Source: Eledone cirrhosa (taxonomy: Eukaryota). Taken from it: a DNA stretch of 64,000 bases. Below are positions 13,601 through 25,274 of this stretch, one piece after another (the first letter of the stretch is position 1; each line of letters opens with the position of its first letter). The stretch covers positions 1,178,001-1,242,000 of the forward strand of contig OZ024741.1 of NCBI GenBank assembly GCA_964016885.1, in the 5' to 3' direction. The notes below the pieces were generated by a model, which searched no databases, had not been told where the DNA came from, and worked only from the letters and a program-made list of their open reading frames with translations. The translations under genes and the position numbers were made by a program.

Positions 13601-14245
13601 TTCGGACCAGACCTCCAGGTGGAAAAATAATTGGGACGAGGTAACGAGCAGCGTAGCAAGTCTCACCCAAAAATGGGCTGGGAGGAAGCTATCACTGAAA
13701 GGTCGCGCGGAGGTGGCGAATGCGTATATCGCGTCCGTCATCTACTACCGCCTGATCGTCGTGCCTTGCCCCCGTCCGCGCCTCGTCAAGTTGGAACGGC
13801 TCCTCTTCAAATTCTTGTGGAGAGGACAAGTTCCGTTGGTGAGGCGGTCCATCTGCTGCCAGCACCCTCTACGCGGAGGGCTGTGCATGCCGTGGCTAAT
13901 GATGCGCAGACATGCGTTGAGGCTGCGACATCTCCAGAAATTCTGCCTCAACGGTGAACAGGTGTGGTCGCCGTTTATCAGACGGGCCTTTCCGCAGCTC
14001 ATTTCTTTGACTGAGCTGCAGTCCTGGGTCAAGAAGAAACCGAGACTGGGTGACTGGCTCCTGGAATGTTGCCAGGCACTCACTGCCCTCTACCAAGCGG
14101 GCAATGCGATCAGTTGAACTTACACTCTCGAGTTCTATAGAGGATTAGTGGTGGGCAAGTGCGATGACGCACTCAGAGAAGCCTTGGGCCTCGACGAAGT
14201 CGAACTGACCAGTCTGTACCGGAGGACTTTTGAGCCGGGGACGAT
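10687..14245 (+). mobile_element. L1/Tx1-like LINE, disrupted, inserted in the (TTA)n of the RTE 3' UTR
   Basis: ORF1 from ~10719 with CCHC knuckle CFVCGEATHLQAFC; ORF2 from 11985 with APE motifs (SLNVRGL, AVSET, VYAP, GDWN, IDRIF, YWKLN), SAYADD and GGLCMPWL; stops, frameshifts and an internal RT deletion near 13258. Confidence 0.88.
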
Positions 14246-14603
14246 GGCTTTGTGCAGTGCCTTTGCTCACTATAAAAGCTTCACGGCACAGGCATTGCTT
14301 TATATCTGGAGATCTCTCTGCACTTGTCGTCACATGGTACCATGGGCCCAGCATTATGTGTCAATAATTGTCACAAGTGTAGTGTTTGTACCAGAGTTTT
14401 CAAGTCGCTGGCTGGACTAAAAAGTCACACTCGTTCAGCGCATCAGTAGTGGTTCTCCTACATGGATATAAAGTAGTGGCCGTACTCGAAAACGAGTTGG
14501 AGGCCACCATGTATGTATGTATGTATGTATGTATGTATGTATGTATGTATGTATGTATGTATGTATGTATGTATGTATGTATGTATGTATGTATGTATGT
14601 ATG
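14246..14603 (+). mobile_element. 3' fragment of a related RTE family with (ATGT)n tail
   Basis: Encodes HKCSVCTRVFKSLAGLKSHTRSAHQ*, homologous to the last finger of 14690-16577; same terminal stem-loop. Confidence 0.7.
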
Positions 14604-14689
14604 AGGGAGCTTATAGATAGGACAACACACGCTGTCTTTTCGTGGGGTAAGTTTTTAATTAATTTTTGTATTCTGAAACATCAAAATAG

Positions 14690-16577
14690 TGGTGGTGAGA
14701 GACTCTTGCAACATCTTAACTCTTTGTTTGGCAGGATATGGGCTAATGAATCCGTACCTGAGGACTGGAGAGATGCAGTAATGGTGGTCTTGTACAAGGG
14801 AAAGGGTAACAGGAACGATTGTGGGAACTACAGAGGTATATCATTGCTTTCTGTCGTAGGGAAAGTTTTATGTATGGTGCTTCTGGACCGTCTGCTGACA
14901 CACATTGCAGATTGTGTTCTTCCTGAAAGTCAATCTGGTTTTCGTGCTGGACGCGGCACTACTGATATGATCTTCTCAGCTAGACGGCTCCAGGAGAAGT
15001 GCATGGAACAAGGCTTGGATCTGTATCAGGTTTTTGTCGATCTGACAAAAGCTTTCGATACTGTTAACAGAGATGCATTATGGAAGGTTCTCCAGAAACT
15101 TGGTTGCCCTGATAAGTTCCTTGCTTTAGTTAGGTCTTTCCATGACGACATGAAGGCTTGGGTTAATGTCGGGGGTAACATGTCGGTGTCTATCTCAGTA
15201 AAAAATGGAGTGAAACAGGGGGATATTCCAGCACCGACCCTGTTTGCCATATACTTTGCAATGGTTTTCTGTATTGCATTCAGGAATTGCGAGCATGGTG
15301 TTTACATCCGATATCGAACCTCAGGCAGCATATTTAACATCAGGCGCTTTGCTGCGAAGACAAAAGTATTTACATCAATCATAAGAGACCTCTTGTATGC
15401 AGATGATTGCGATCTTGTAGCGCACACAGAGAGTGATATGCAGCACATTTTGAATGCATTTTCTGACACTTGCACTGCTCTAGGTCTGACTGACAGTCTC
15501 AAGAAAACCGTCGTCATGTACCAACCTGCCCCTGGTAAGCAGTACACTGAACCAAACATCTATGTGTATGGCAAACGACTTGGAGTGGTTGATCAGTTTG
15601 TCTACCTGGGAAGCACTGTCAATCGATACAGCAACCTTGACAGTGAAATCTCACTTAGGATTGGGAAAGCAAGTGATGCTTTCGGAAAGCTAGAAAGGCG
15701 ACTCTGGGGTCGGCGAGACATATGCAGGAGGACAAAGGTAAAGGTGTACAGGGCATGTGTGCTCTCTTGTCTTCTTTATGCCTGCGAGACCTGGGTCACA
15801 TATCGACACCACCTTAGGCAATTGGAGCGTTTCCATCAGATGTGTCTCAGACGGATCCATTGCGTTCACTGGAGGGACCACATCAGTGATGTCGAGATTT
15901 TGGAAAGCTCTATGTGTGACAGTATAGAAGCTCTTGCGCTTAAGCAACGACTCCGTTGGAGTGGTCACCTTGCCAGGATGAAGGATTCTAGAATACCAAA
16001 ACAACTCTTTTATGGAGAGTTGGTTAAAGGAAAACGACCGCCACATAAACCAAAAAAGAGGTATAAGGATTCCTTGAAAGCCTCTCTGAAAGACGCTAAC
16101 ATCTCTGCTGATACATGGGAGAATATTGCTGCTGATCGTAATAAATGGAGAAAGACTGTGTATGAGGGAAAAGTTGCCTTTGAGGCATCTCGAATCGCAT
16201 ACGAGAAAGTAAAGCGGGATGTGAGGAAGGGCATTGTTGTTGCACTTCCAGACGGCGAGGGTCCTCCTATGGTGCTGACATGCAGCGTATGTGCGAGACT
16301 CTGCCTAAGCAAAGCTGGACTCGAAAGTCATCTTCGCAGTCATAAAGTAAGACCAGTGGTTGACTACCAGGCTGCTGTTGGAGATGCTACTCATCATGCT
16401 TGCCAAACATGTGGTAGAGAATGTAAATCAGCAGGAGGGCTCAAGCGACATGCAAAAGTACACGAACTCCAACCACAGCCGACTATTCCCAGTGAATGTT
16501 TTGGTTGCCGACTCTGTGCAAGACATTTTAGATCATTGGCTGGGCTAAAAAGCCACATTCGATCGCAGCGCTGTTAG
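14690..16577 (+). CDS. RTE reverse transcriptase with three C-terminal C2H2-type fingers
   Basis: NYRGISLLS, ESQSGFR, FVDLTKAFD, GVKQG, LLYADD, YLGS, LRWSGH; ORF 14517-16577 whose first ~55 aa are microsatellite/flank. Confidence 0.9.
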
Positions 16578-16684
16578 TTGCTATCGTGTGTGTGTGTGTG
16601 TGTAGATATGCTTATGTGTGTGCGTGTGTGTGTATATATATATGTATATGTATATTATTATTGTTGTTGTCGTTATTATTATTG

Positions 16685-16716
<32 letters not shown>

Positions 16717-16724
16717 GTTATTAA

Positions 16725-16777
<53 letters not shown>

Positions 16778-16847
16778 ATATATATATATATATATATATT
16801 TCTTTTTCTTTTTTTATTTTTTTTATTTTTCTATTTTTATTTTTTAT

Positions 16848-16878
<31 letters not shown>

Positions 16879-16997
16879 TTTTTTTTCTTCTCGTGCAATG
16901 GCCATACTCGATAACGAGGGGGCAGCCATCATGTATGTATGTATGTATGTTTGTATGTATGTGTGTATGTATGTATGTATGTATGTATGTATGTATG
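14690..16997 (+). mobile_element. RTE-clade LINE, 5'-truncated, with microsatellite-rich 3' UTR and (ATGT)n tail
   Basis: Open RT frame; 3' stem-loop 16898-16929 followed by (ATGT)n. Confidence 0.92.
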
Positions 16998-17689
16998 TAG
17001 ATATATCGATGAGTGTGTAGTTGTGTTCCGGTATATTATTCTTCCCTCAATGACACTAATTTTTTCTCTTTTGTTCTCGACAACAACAGTAACAACAACA
17101 ACAACGACAACAACAACACCAACAACAACTGCAACAACAACACCAACAGTAACAACAACAACAGCTACAGTAACAACAACAACAGCAGTAACAACAACAA
17201 CAACTACAATACAGCAACAACAACAACAACAATACAGAAATAAAGTTAATATAAAAATAAAGAAAACCCAACAAAAACCACAGAATCAACACAGTCTTAC
17301 ACAACACAGTATTATTATTTGGGTAGAATAACATTAATCGGTAGAGCGTCGGACAACATGTTTTGCAGCATTTAGTTACGCCCCTTTACGTTCTGATTCA
17401 AATCCCGCCCAGGTTAACTTTACTTTTCATCCTTACGGGGTTGATAAAATAAAGTACCAGTAACACAAAAAAAAAAAAAAAAAATTGTGTCTACTTCAGA
17501 AACCTTTATTCATATTATTATCTTTGTTGTTGTGTCTCTCGACACGTGTTACACCTCCCTTCGTAAGTTTTATCTATTTTTACATTGATATTCAACCTAT
17601 CCTATTGAACCTTTGTTACAGTTTAATTAATCAGTATCTCGGTGAGCTGGTTAACGTAGCCTCACCTGACACTTGGAAAATGCTATTTT

Positions 17690-18188
17690 GATTTTTATGA
17701 GTAGATCAGGCTTTCCATATAGTTTCAATTTTGTTCATTGTAGCTGAGACTTTGGAAATTCTAATATCCATATCCTCCTTTGATGAACTCATCCAGCTGC
17801 TCAAACATAAAAATCATCAACTCGTTTTAGCATTCCGCTATCCTGTGTAACAAGATTTCCATCTTCCAGTTTTAGTGACATGTACTCTGTCTTGGTAACA
17901 TTTATGTGTAAACCAATTTTCCTGGTAGAGAATTCGACTCTATGAAGAAGTTCTTGAGCTTGATCAATGGTATTTGATAGAAGAGCTATGTCCTCACCAA
18001 AATCTGTATCACATATAACAGTTGGTGGGTTTCGCTTATTCCTTCTTTATATCAATGTAAAGACGATATTTTTATAATTAACTCTGGCTTCCCTCATGAC
18101 ATAATCTAGAGCGATTATGAAAAGATATGGTGTCAATGTCACCTTGAAGGACACCCGCTTGTTGTTCAGAAATCTCAGTATCACTACC

Positions 18189-18270
<82 letters not shown>

Positions 18271-18555
18271 TTGAGTTTATGTGTTTATAGGGAAACTTGC
18301 CCAAGATAACTACAATTGCTCAAAGGCGGTTACGATGTGTAGGACATTGCTTGAGAAGTAGGACGTTTACACAATCTACTATCGGAGGAACCAGCTCACG
18401 GGAGGATACAATAGATCTGCCCGACCCTTTACCGATCAACTCTCAGACAATACAAACGTCAGTAGGGAGCAGTTGCTAGGGGCAATGGAAAATGGTGAGT
18501 TGTGGAGAGACTTTGTCCGGAATGTTCGATTGTTGTCGCAGTGATGATGATGATT
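17690..18555. mobile_element. Degenerate RTE-like LINE fragments: RT on minus (17690-18185), 3' end on plus (18295-18555)
   Basis: Minus: PYLFIIALDYVMR and DFGEDIALLSNTIDQAQELLHRVE; plus: QRRLRCVGHCLRS and a (GAT)n tail. Confidence 0.65.
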
Positions 18556-19548
18556 ATTGTTATTTCTAACATAGGAACAAGGCCAGCAATTTGGAGGAGA
18601 CGGAAGTGGATTAAATTAAGCCCAGTACTTGCTTGGTGCTTTGTTTTATCGACACGGCAAAGATGAAAGGCAAAGTTGACCTTGTTGTGATTTGAACTGA
18701 GAATGAAACAATTGGGAACAAATGCTGCATATTTTACCTGACGCTATAAATATCACACCAGTCTACCGCCATAACTAACAATAATAATAATTGGTTGTTG
18801 TTGTTCTTTGTTCATCGAGAGCAAATATAAAGGCAATTATAATTCTATTAATAGATACATTTCTTTATTAGCCACAAGGGCACAAAAGAAGGGGACAAAA
18901 ACAAATGGGGAGTTTACATACAGGTATATGAAAATAAAACTATTAATAAATAGATAGATTTCTAGATAGATAGATAGATAGATAGATATGGGTAGATAGA
19001 TGGATAGATAGATGGCTAGATAGACAGATAGATAAAAAATAAAAAAATATGTGAAATTAGATAAATATAGGGATTAAATGTTGAGATTAGTTTGACGGGG
19101 TCAAATAAGTGTGATGATGAGGTTAATTCGTCTAGGTTGGGAGATCTTTTTAAAATCGCTTCTGAAGGTCATGTGATCTAAAAGGGAATGCATATAGACA
19201 GGAAGTGAACTGCAACAATGGAGGAAATGAAAATGACTATGCATTTTTTAAAATACCCCTTCATATGACTCACGTTAAAGGGGTCATTCTAGGGCCGTTT
19301 ACTTTGTGTATGTATGTGAGTGATATTTCTTTGTTTTAATTCCAATTCTCCTATAAATAAGGGGATGGTTTCTAACAAAGAAACGAAGCTCAATGACTAA
19401 TATTTGAAGAAAGTTTGAATTTAGAAAGTCTTAAATATTTTACTGTTCCACTTACAATTTCTAATGGTGACGTGTAATTGTATGTATCTACTGCTTTTAG
19501 TTTCAAGACTCGAACTAAATTACACCCCTTGTTAAATAAGTACAACTC

Positions 19549-19604
<56 letters not shown>

Positions 19605-20886
19605 CGAAGGAAATGTGGTAAGGAACCAGGTGGACCGTAACGCACCAAAGTACTCAATACTTGGGGTAGTAGAGTGGGTAATAGGAACCAGTAAGACCCC
19701 GACGGCTGAGCTCAAGCCGTTTCGACGGCTAATTCTGGACTAAATGAAAATTTATCCTGGTATCTAAATAGCCGATCTTCTCAAGGGGTAATTCCATATA
19801 TGGTCAAAGTGATTGTCAAAAATCAGTAGTAATTCTGTGATTGCAAATTAGTAGGGGAGATGGTGGCTAAACCTGCCAGTAGGAGAAAGAGGGGAGGGGG
19901 TGGAGTAGACCCAATCAAGCGTTGGTAGTGCCAGCTACAGCTGGGCATGAGGTCAAAGAAGATACTGGGGAGGGGGAGGGGGAGGAAGTCGGAACGGTAG
20001 GTAGAACAATGGGGGGTAAATATATATATGAGAGAAAAAATACTGAGAGTGAAGAAAAGCGAATAAGTGTAAAGAAAAAAGTAAAGCAAGTTCTACGACC
20101 TAGGTCTCTAGCTATTGTTAGGCTAGAATAAATAAATAAATAAAGAAAGAAAGAAGTAAAGAAATAAATAAAGAAATAACGAAATAAGTAAATGAACTAG
20201 GTGGGACTGAATAGGCAAGGACCCTTTTAAGAGGTATAAGTACGTAAATGATACGGTGACGGGTCAACAAATGGGGCCAAAATACTAAAGAGACTACCAC
20301 GAAATAAATAATAAAGGTTTCTATCCCGGGCACAATGCCAGCAACCACCCAGTGCAGCAAAGTGAACTAGTACGAGATAATAATTCTGAGTCCCGAAAAA
20401 AAAATATACTAATGCTAACTCTAAAAGATCTAAAACAAGCTACATGAAAGTTCGTACGGAGTAAAGGTAGAATACGGAAAAATAAATTCAGAATCCACCC
20501 CGCCCGAAAGAAAAGCGAAGAAAGACATACTGAAACGAGAAAATAAGGCATAAGTGCCACTAAGATATATAGAAGGCACGGAGAATAGTGGGAGCGGTCG
20601 GAAAAAGGGGGCAAGTATCCGGGGTCTAAACCAACTGCTATAAAAGGCGGAGTCCGCCAAATCTATCATAGACTAGGGGAGGGGTGGGGGTACTAAGGCT
20701 ACAAGGGGCCAAAGGGCAGCCTCGGGTGGGCGAGAAAAGACGCCGACAAAGGAGAAGAGCTGGGGTAGAAGGACTAAGGAGGGAAGGGGGGAAGGAAATA
20801 AAGGAAGCGATAAAAGAATAAAAAGAAGATCTTACGTCTCCCTTGGCAAGCAGGGGTTACCCATTGCAAAATCGGCAAGTGGGGTG

Positions 20887-23060
20887 TTATAGCCCTAGTC
20901 TACCCCCCCCCCCCCCCGGGTCATTATGGGGTTTGAGGGCGAGGTAAGTCCTACGCAATCTATGTTTACATGCAATAACCAGTTCATCTTTCTTGTTTAG
21001 GAGTTGGTCCGTCGAAAACAGCATTTGTAAAGTTTCCTCCGAGCATAAATTGCACGGACGGCGTCCTCCCGTGTAAGAATTGGCTCTGGACAGTAATCTC
21101 CAAGTGAGATCATAGGTGATGTTGTTGTCCTTGAGGTCCCATATGTGGCCCGAAAGTGTAGTGGCGTGACGCCGGGCCGGGTTTCGGAAGGTATGTCTAT
21201 GTTGGTATAGCCGGGTCTTGAAGTCACATGCGGTAAGTCCTATATAGGCTTTATTGGAGGTATCCGTCCTCACGTTGCACTTGTAGATCACATTACGGTC
21301 TCTGCATCTATTGTCGAGTGGGCAAATGGATCTATCCGGACAGTTACACCTCCTGGTCGGTTCTCCACTGCTATTTAGGTTATTTCTGCCATCGGGGTTG
21401 AGTTTTTTGTTGTTAGAGGAGACGATGTTTTGTGCGAAGTTTGGTGTAGTGCTGTAAGAGAGTTTGATGGTATTTTTGTTAATTATGTTGTGGTAGCGGT
21501 GTTGTAATGGGAAGTGTTTTTCAATGAGCCTAAAGAATAGTTTCCCGATGGGAGTTGTCACCTCTGCGTTGTGGGGAGGATTGAACCATGTTACATTGCG
21601 TGAGCGGCGGTGTCTCCTGCTGGTTCCGCTAATGGGAGCTGGACAGTAGGATATTTCCTCCCGGAAACCACTCCGCTTGAGGGCCTGGTTGTAATAAGGC
21701 GCATGTTCATCGAATATCCGCTCATTAGCTGACAAACGGGATATGCGGAGGGAGATGTTTTTGACCAGGTTGTTTGTGATGTTCCTAGGATGGTTTGATC
21801 GGCGGTGGATGTAGTGCAGATTGTCATTAGGTTTCCTGGATGGGTAGTACAGGTCGTTTTCGAGGTCGAGGGTCACGTCCAGGAGGTTTACTCGGGTCAG
21901 GGAAGTTTGTAGGGTTATTTTAAATCCCCAGTCGCCGAAGAATCTGATTAATTGTTTCCGGACACGATCTGTACTACTGGGGTTGTACCCTTTAAGGGTA
22001 AGGAGCCCATCATCACGGTACAATCCACCACCGAATGCAGGAAACATATCAGTGAGTTTGGCTATTAGGAATAATCCTATAAGATCTGTGACCTCCGCCG
22101 AATCCGTGGCGCCCATGCTGACGTCGAAGGGTGAGTCGGGAGTTATTTTTATCCATTTAGAGTCGTCAAAGAGTAAGACTGTCTTCCTGGCGTGGAGGAT
22201 GATTTTTCTTTCCTGGTCGGTGATGGGCACAAGTGTTTCGGCGAAGTCCAAGGCGGCAGTAAGTAGCGGTAAGGTGATTGAAGCATAGTAGCTCTCTATG
22301 TCGAACTGTATGAATTTAGTGTCTCGTTTATCCTCCATATTGCTGAACCATGAGATTACTTCCTGGGTGTTGAACCATAGGCTAAGTCGGGCGTGTTGCT
22401 TGACTTTTGGTATCACGCGGTCTAGGATTTTTTTGCTGATTCTCCCTATGTCGGACTTCGTTGGGTTAATAAGCCTGATAGAGGGTTTACGGTCAAAATC
22501 GGATTTATGGTCCTTCAGTGTGAAGTATGGTGTCCGTGGGTCTAGAGGTTCCGTGCGGTCGGCGACCCCGAGGCTGGAGGTAATTTGTTGTCCATCTCGA
22601 TTTATGTCCTCGATGCAAGAGTGGTTGGCCTTTTTATAGGTGGAGTTTAGGCTGCTCCTGATCAGTGTGTGGTATCTGTCAGGGCTGACAAAGTATAGGT
22701 TCCCAGTTTTATCCGAATGCATCATGATGTCATTTGTGTTATCATACTCTGTTAAGTTGCTACGGAGTTTTTGTAGGAATCGGTTGTGTCTGGGTTTAAA
22801 TTTGATGTTCTTGACCAGTTGGAAGAGGTCATTCTCGAAGGGTGAGAGCAAGGGGTTCGGGGGCGGAGATTTGTAGGTAATAAATCCGAATCTCTCCTTG
22901 GTGCCGAAGTCCTGGTTGTCGCAATATCTGTCATAGAAAAAAGTTCTCCATCTAAGTCTTTCGCAAATAGATCGATTTTTTGCGTGAGCATCCGAAGGTA
23001 AAGTTTTTTCGGTGGGATTGGGATGTTCTTGGTAGAGAAGTCAATGTTGTGTTTTCGCAT
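20887..23060 (-). pseudogene. PLE-2 RT + GIY-YIG ORF, one apparent frameshift near 22960
   Basis: FSTKNIPIP N-terminus; 654-aa ORF with SDKTGN, QFDIESYYASI, MGATDS, GLYRDD, TWFNPP, CNC..CPL..C, VIYKC..YIGLT..FKTR..H. Confidence 0.92.
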
Positions 23061-23377
23061 GGTGCGGGTGAAATGAATTGAGCTTAGCGGAAAAGTCTGG
23101 ATACGGCGTGGTAGGGTCGGAAAGTGCTCTACTACGGGAGTAGGTGCTAGATAACGAAGGAAATGTGGTAAGGAACCAGGTGGACCGTAACGCACCAAAG
23201 TACTCAATACTTGGGGTAGTAGAGTGGGTAATAGGAACCAGTAAGACCCCGACGGCTGAGCTCAAGCCGTTTCGACGGCTAATTCTGGACTAAATGAAAA
23301 TTTATCCTGGTATTTAAATAGCCGATCTTCTCAAGGGGTAATTCCATATATGGTCAAAGTGATTGTCAAAAATCAGT

Positions 23378-23842
23378 TCCATTTGTTCACTCGACAATAG
23401 ATGCAGAGACCGTAATGTGATCTACCAGTGCAACGTGAGGACGGATACCTCCAATAAAGCCTATATAGGACTTACCGCATGTGACTTCAAGACCCGGCTA
23501 TACCAACATAGACATACCTTCCGAAACCCGGCCCGGCGTCACGCCACTACACTTTCGGGCCACATATGGGACCTCAAGGACAACAACATCACCTATGATC
23601 TCACTTGGAGATTACTGTCCAGAGCCAATTCTTACACGGGAGGACGCCGTCCGTGCAATTTATGCTCGGAGGAAACTTTACAAATGCTGTTTTCGACGGA
23701 CCAACTCCTAAACAAGAAAGATGAACTGGTTACTGCATGTAAACATAGATTGCGTAGGACTTACCTCGCCCTCAAACCCCATAATACCCGGGGGGGTAGA
23801 CTAGGGCTACAACACCCCACTTGCCGATTTTGCAATGGGTAA
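23378..23842 (+). CDS. PLE-2 GIY-YIG domain in the inverted arm (5'-truncated)
   Basis: ORF 23363-23842, NVIYQC..AYIGLT, nearly identical to the C-terminus of 20887-22851. Confidence 0.85.
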   Translation, partial: SICSLDNRCRDRNVIYQCNVRTDTSNKAYIGLTACDFKTRLYQHRHTFRNPARRHATTLSGHIWDLKDNNITYDLTWRLLSRANSYTGGRRPCNLCSEETLQMLFSTDQLLNKKDELVTACKHRLRRTYLALKPHNTRGGRLGLQHPTCRFCNG

Positions 23843-24914
23843 CCCCTGCTTGCCAAGGGAGACGTAAGATCTTCTTTGTATTCTCTTATCGCTTCCTTTA
23901 TTTCCTTCCTTCCCCCCTCTCTCCTTAGTCCTTCTACCCCAGCTCTTCTCCTTTGTCGGCGTCTTTTCTCGCCCACCCGAGGCTGCCCTTTGGCCCCTTG
24001 TAGCCTTAGTACCCCCACCCCTCCCCTAGTCTAGGATAGATTTGGCGGACTCCGCCCTTTATAGCAGTTGGTTTAGACCCCGGATACTTGTCCCCTTTTT
24101 CCGACCGCTCCCACCATTCTCTGTGCCCTCTATATTTCTTAGTGGCACTTATGCCTTATTTTTTCGTTTCAGTATTTCTTTCTTCGCTTTTCTTTTGGGC
24201 GGGGTGGATTCTGAATTTATTCTTCCGTATTCTACCTTTACTTCGTACGAACTTTCATGTAGCTTGTTTTAGATCTTTTAGAGTTAGCATTAGTATATAT
24301 TTTTCCCGGGACTCAGAATTATTATCTCGTATTAGTTCACTTTGCGGCACTGGGTGGTTGCTGGAATTGTGCCCGGGATGGAAACCTTTATTGTTTATTT
24401 CGTGGTAGTCTCTTTAGTATTTTGGCCCCTTTTGTTGACCCGTCACCGTATCATTTACGTACTTATACCTCTTAAAAGGGTCCTCGCCTATTTCGTCCCA
24501 CCTAGTTCTTTTACTTATTTCGTTATTTCTTTATTTATTTCTTTACTTCTTTCTTTCTTTATTTATTTATTTATTCTAGACTAACATTAGCTAGAGACCT
24601 AGGTCGTAGAATTTAATTTACTTTACTTTTTTCTTTACACTCATTTGTTTTTCTTTACACGTATTTTTTCTTTCCTATATATTTCTACCCCCCATTGTTC
24701 TACCTACCGTTCCGACTTCCTCCCCCTCCCCCTCCCCTGTATCTTCTTTGACCTCATGCCCAGCTGTAGCTGTCACTACAAACGCTTGATTGGGGCTACT
24801 CCACCCCCTCCCCTCTTTCTCCTACTGGCAGGTTTAGCCACCATCTCCCCTATTAATTTGCAACCACAGAATTACTACTGATTTTTGACAATCACTTTGA
24901 CCATATATGGAATT

Positions 24915-25008
24915 ACCCCTTGAGAAGATCGGCTATTTAAATACCAGGATAAATTTTCATTTAGTCCAGAATTAGCCGTCGAAACGGCTTGAGCTCAGCC
25001 GTCGGGGT
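24915..25008 (+). ncRNA. Type I hammerhead, U3-A8 variant, in the PLE-2 pLTR (minus copies 19696-19789 and 23246-23339)
   Basis: ACCCC-TTGAGAA-GA(T)CGGCTA..loop..TAGCCGTC-GAAA-CGGCT tgagctc AGCCG-TC-GGGGT. Confidence 0.78.
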
Positions 25009-25018
25009 CTTACTGGTT

Positions 25019-25055
<37 letters not shown>

Positions 25056-25057
<2 letters not shown>

Positions 25058-25257
25058 CGAAGGAAATGTGGTAAGGAACCAGATAGACCATAACGCACCA
25101 AAGTACTCAATACTTATGGTAGTAGAGTGGGTAATAGGTACGAGTAGGACCCCGACGGCTGAGCTCAAGCAGTTTCGACGGCTAATTCTGGACTCAATTA
25201 GACCAGAATTAGCCGTCGAAACAGCTTGAGCTCAGCCGTCGGGGTCCTACTCGTTCC
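25056..25257. mobile_element. Mini fold-back derivative of the PLE-2 terminus
   Basis: ~80-nt tail plus ~58-bp inverted arms, flanked by (TA)n. Confidence 0.88.
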
Positions 25258-25274
25258 TATATATATATATATAG

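Larger units (their letters stand above)
19603..25020. mobile_element. Penelope-like retroelement PLE-2: near full-length minus copy with direct pLTRs plus an inverted 3' copy, in (TA)n
   Basis: Direct repeats 19601-19827 and 23151-23377; 23378-25020 is an inverted copy of ~19683-21330; (TA)n on both sides. Confidence 0.93.
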
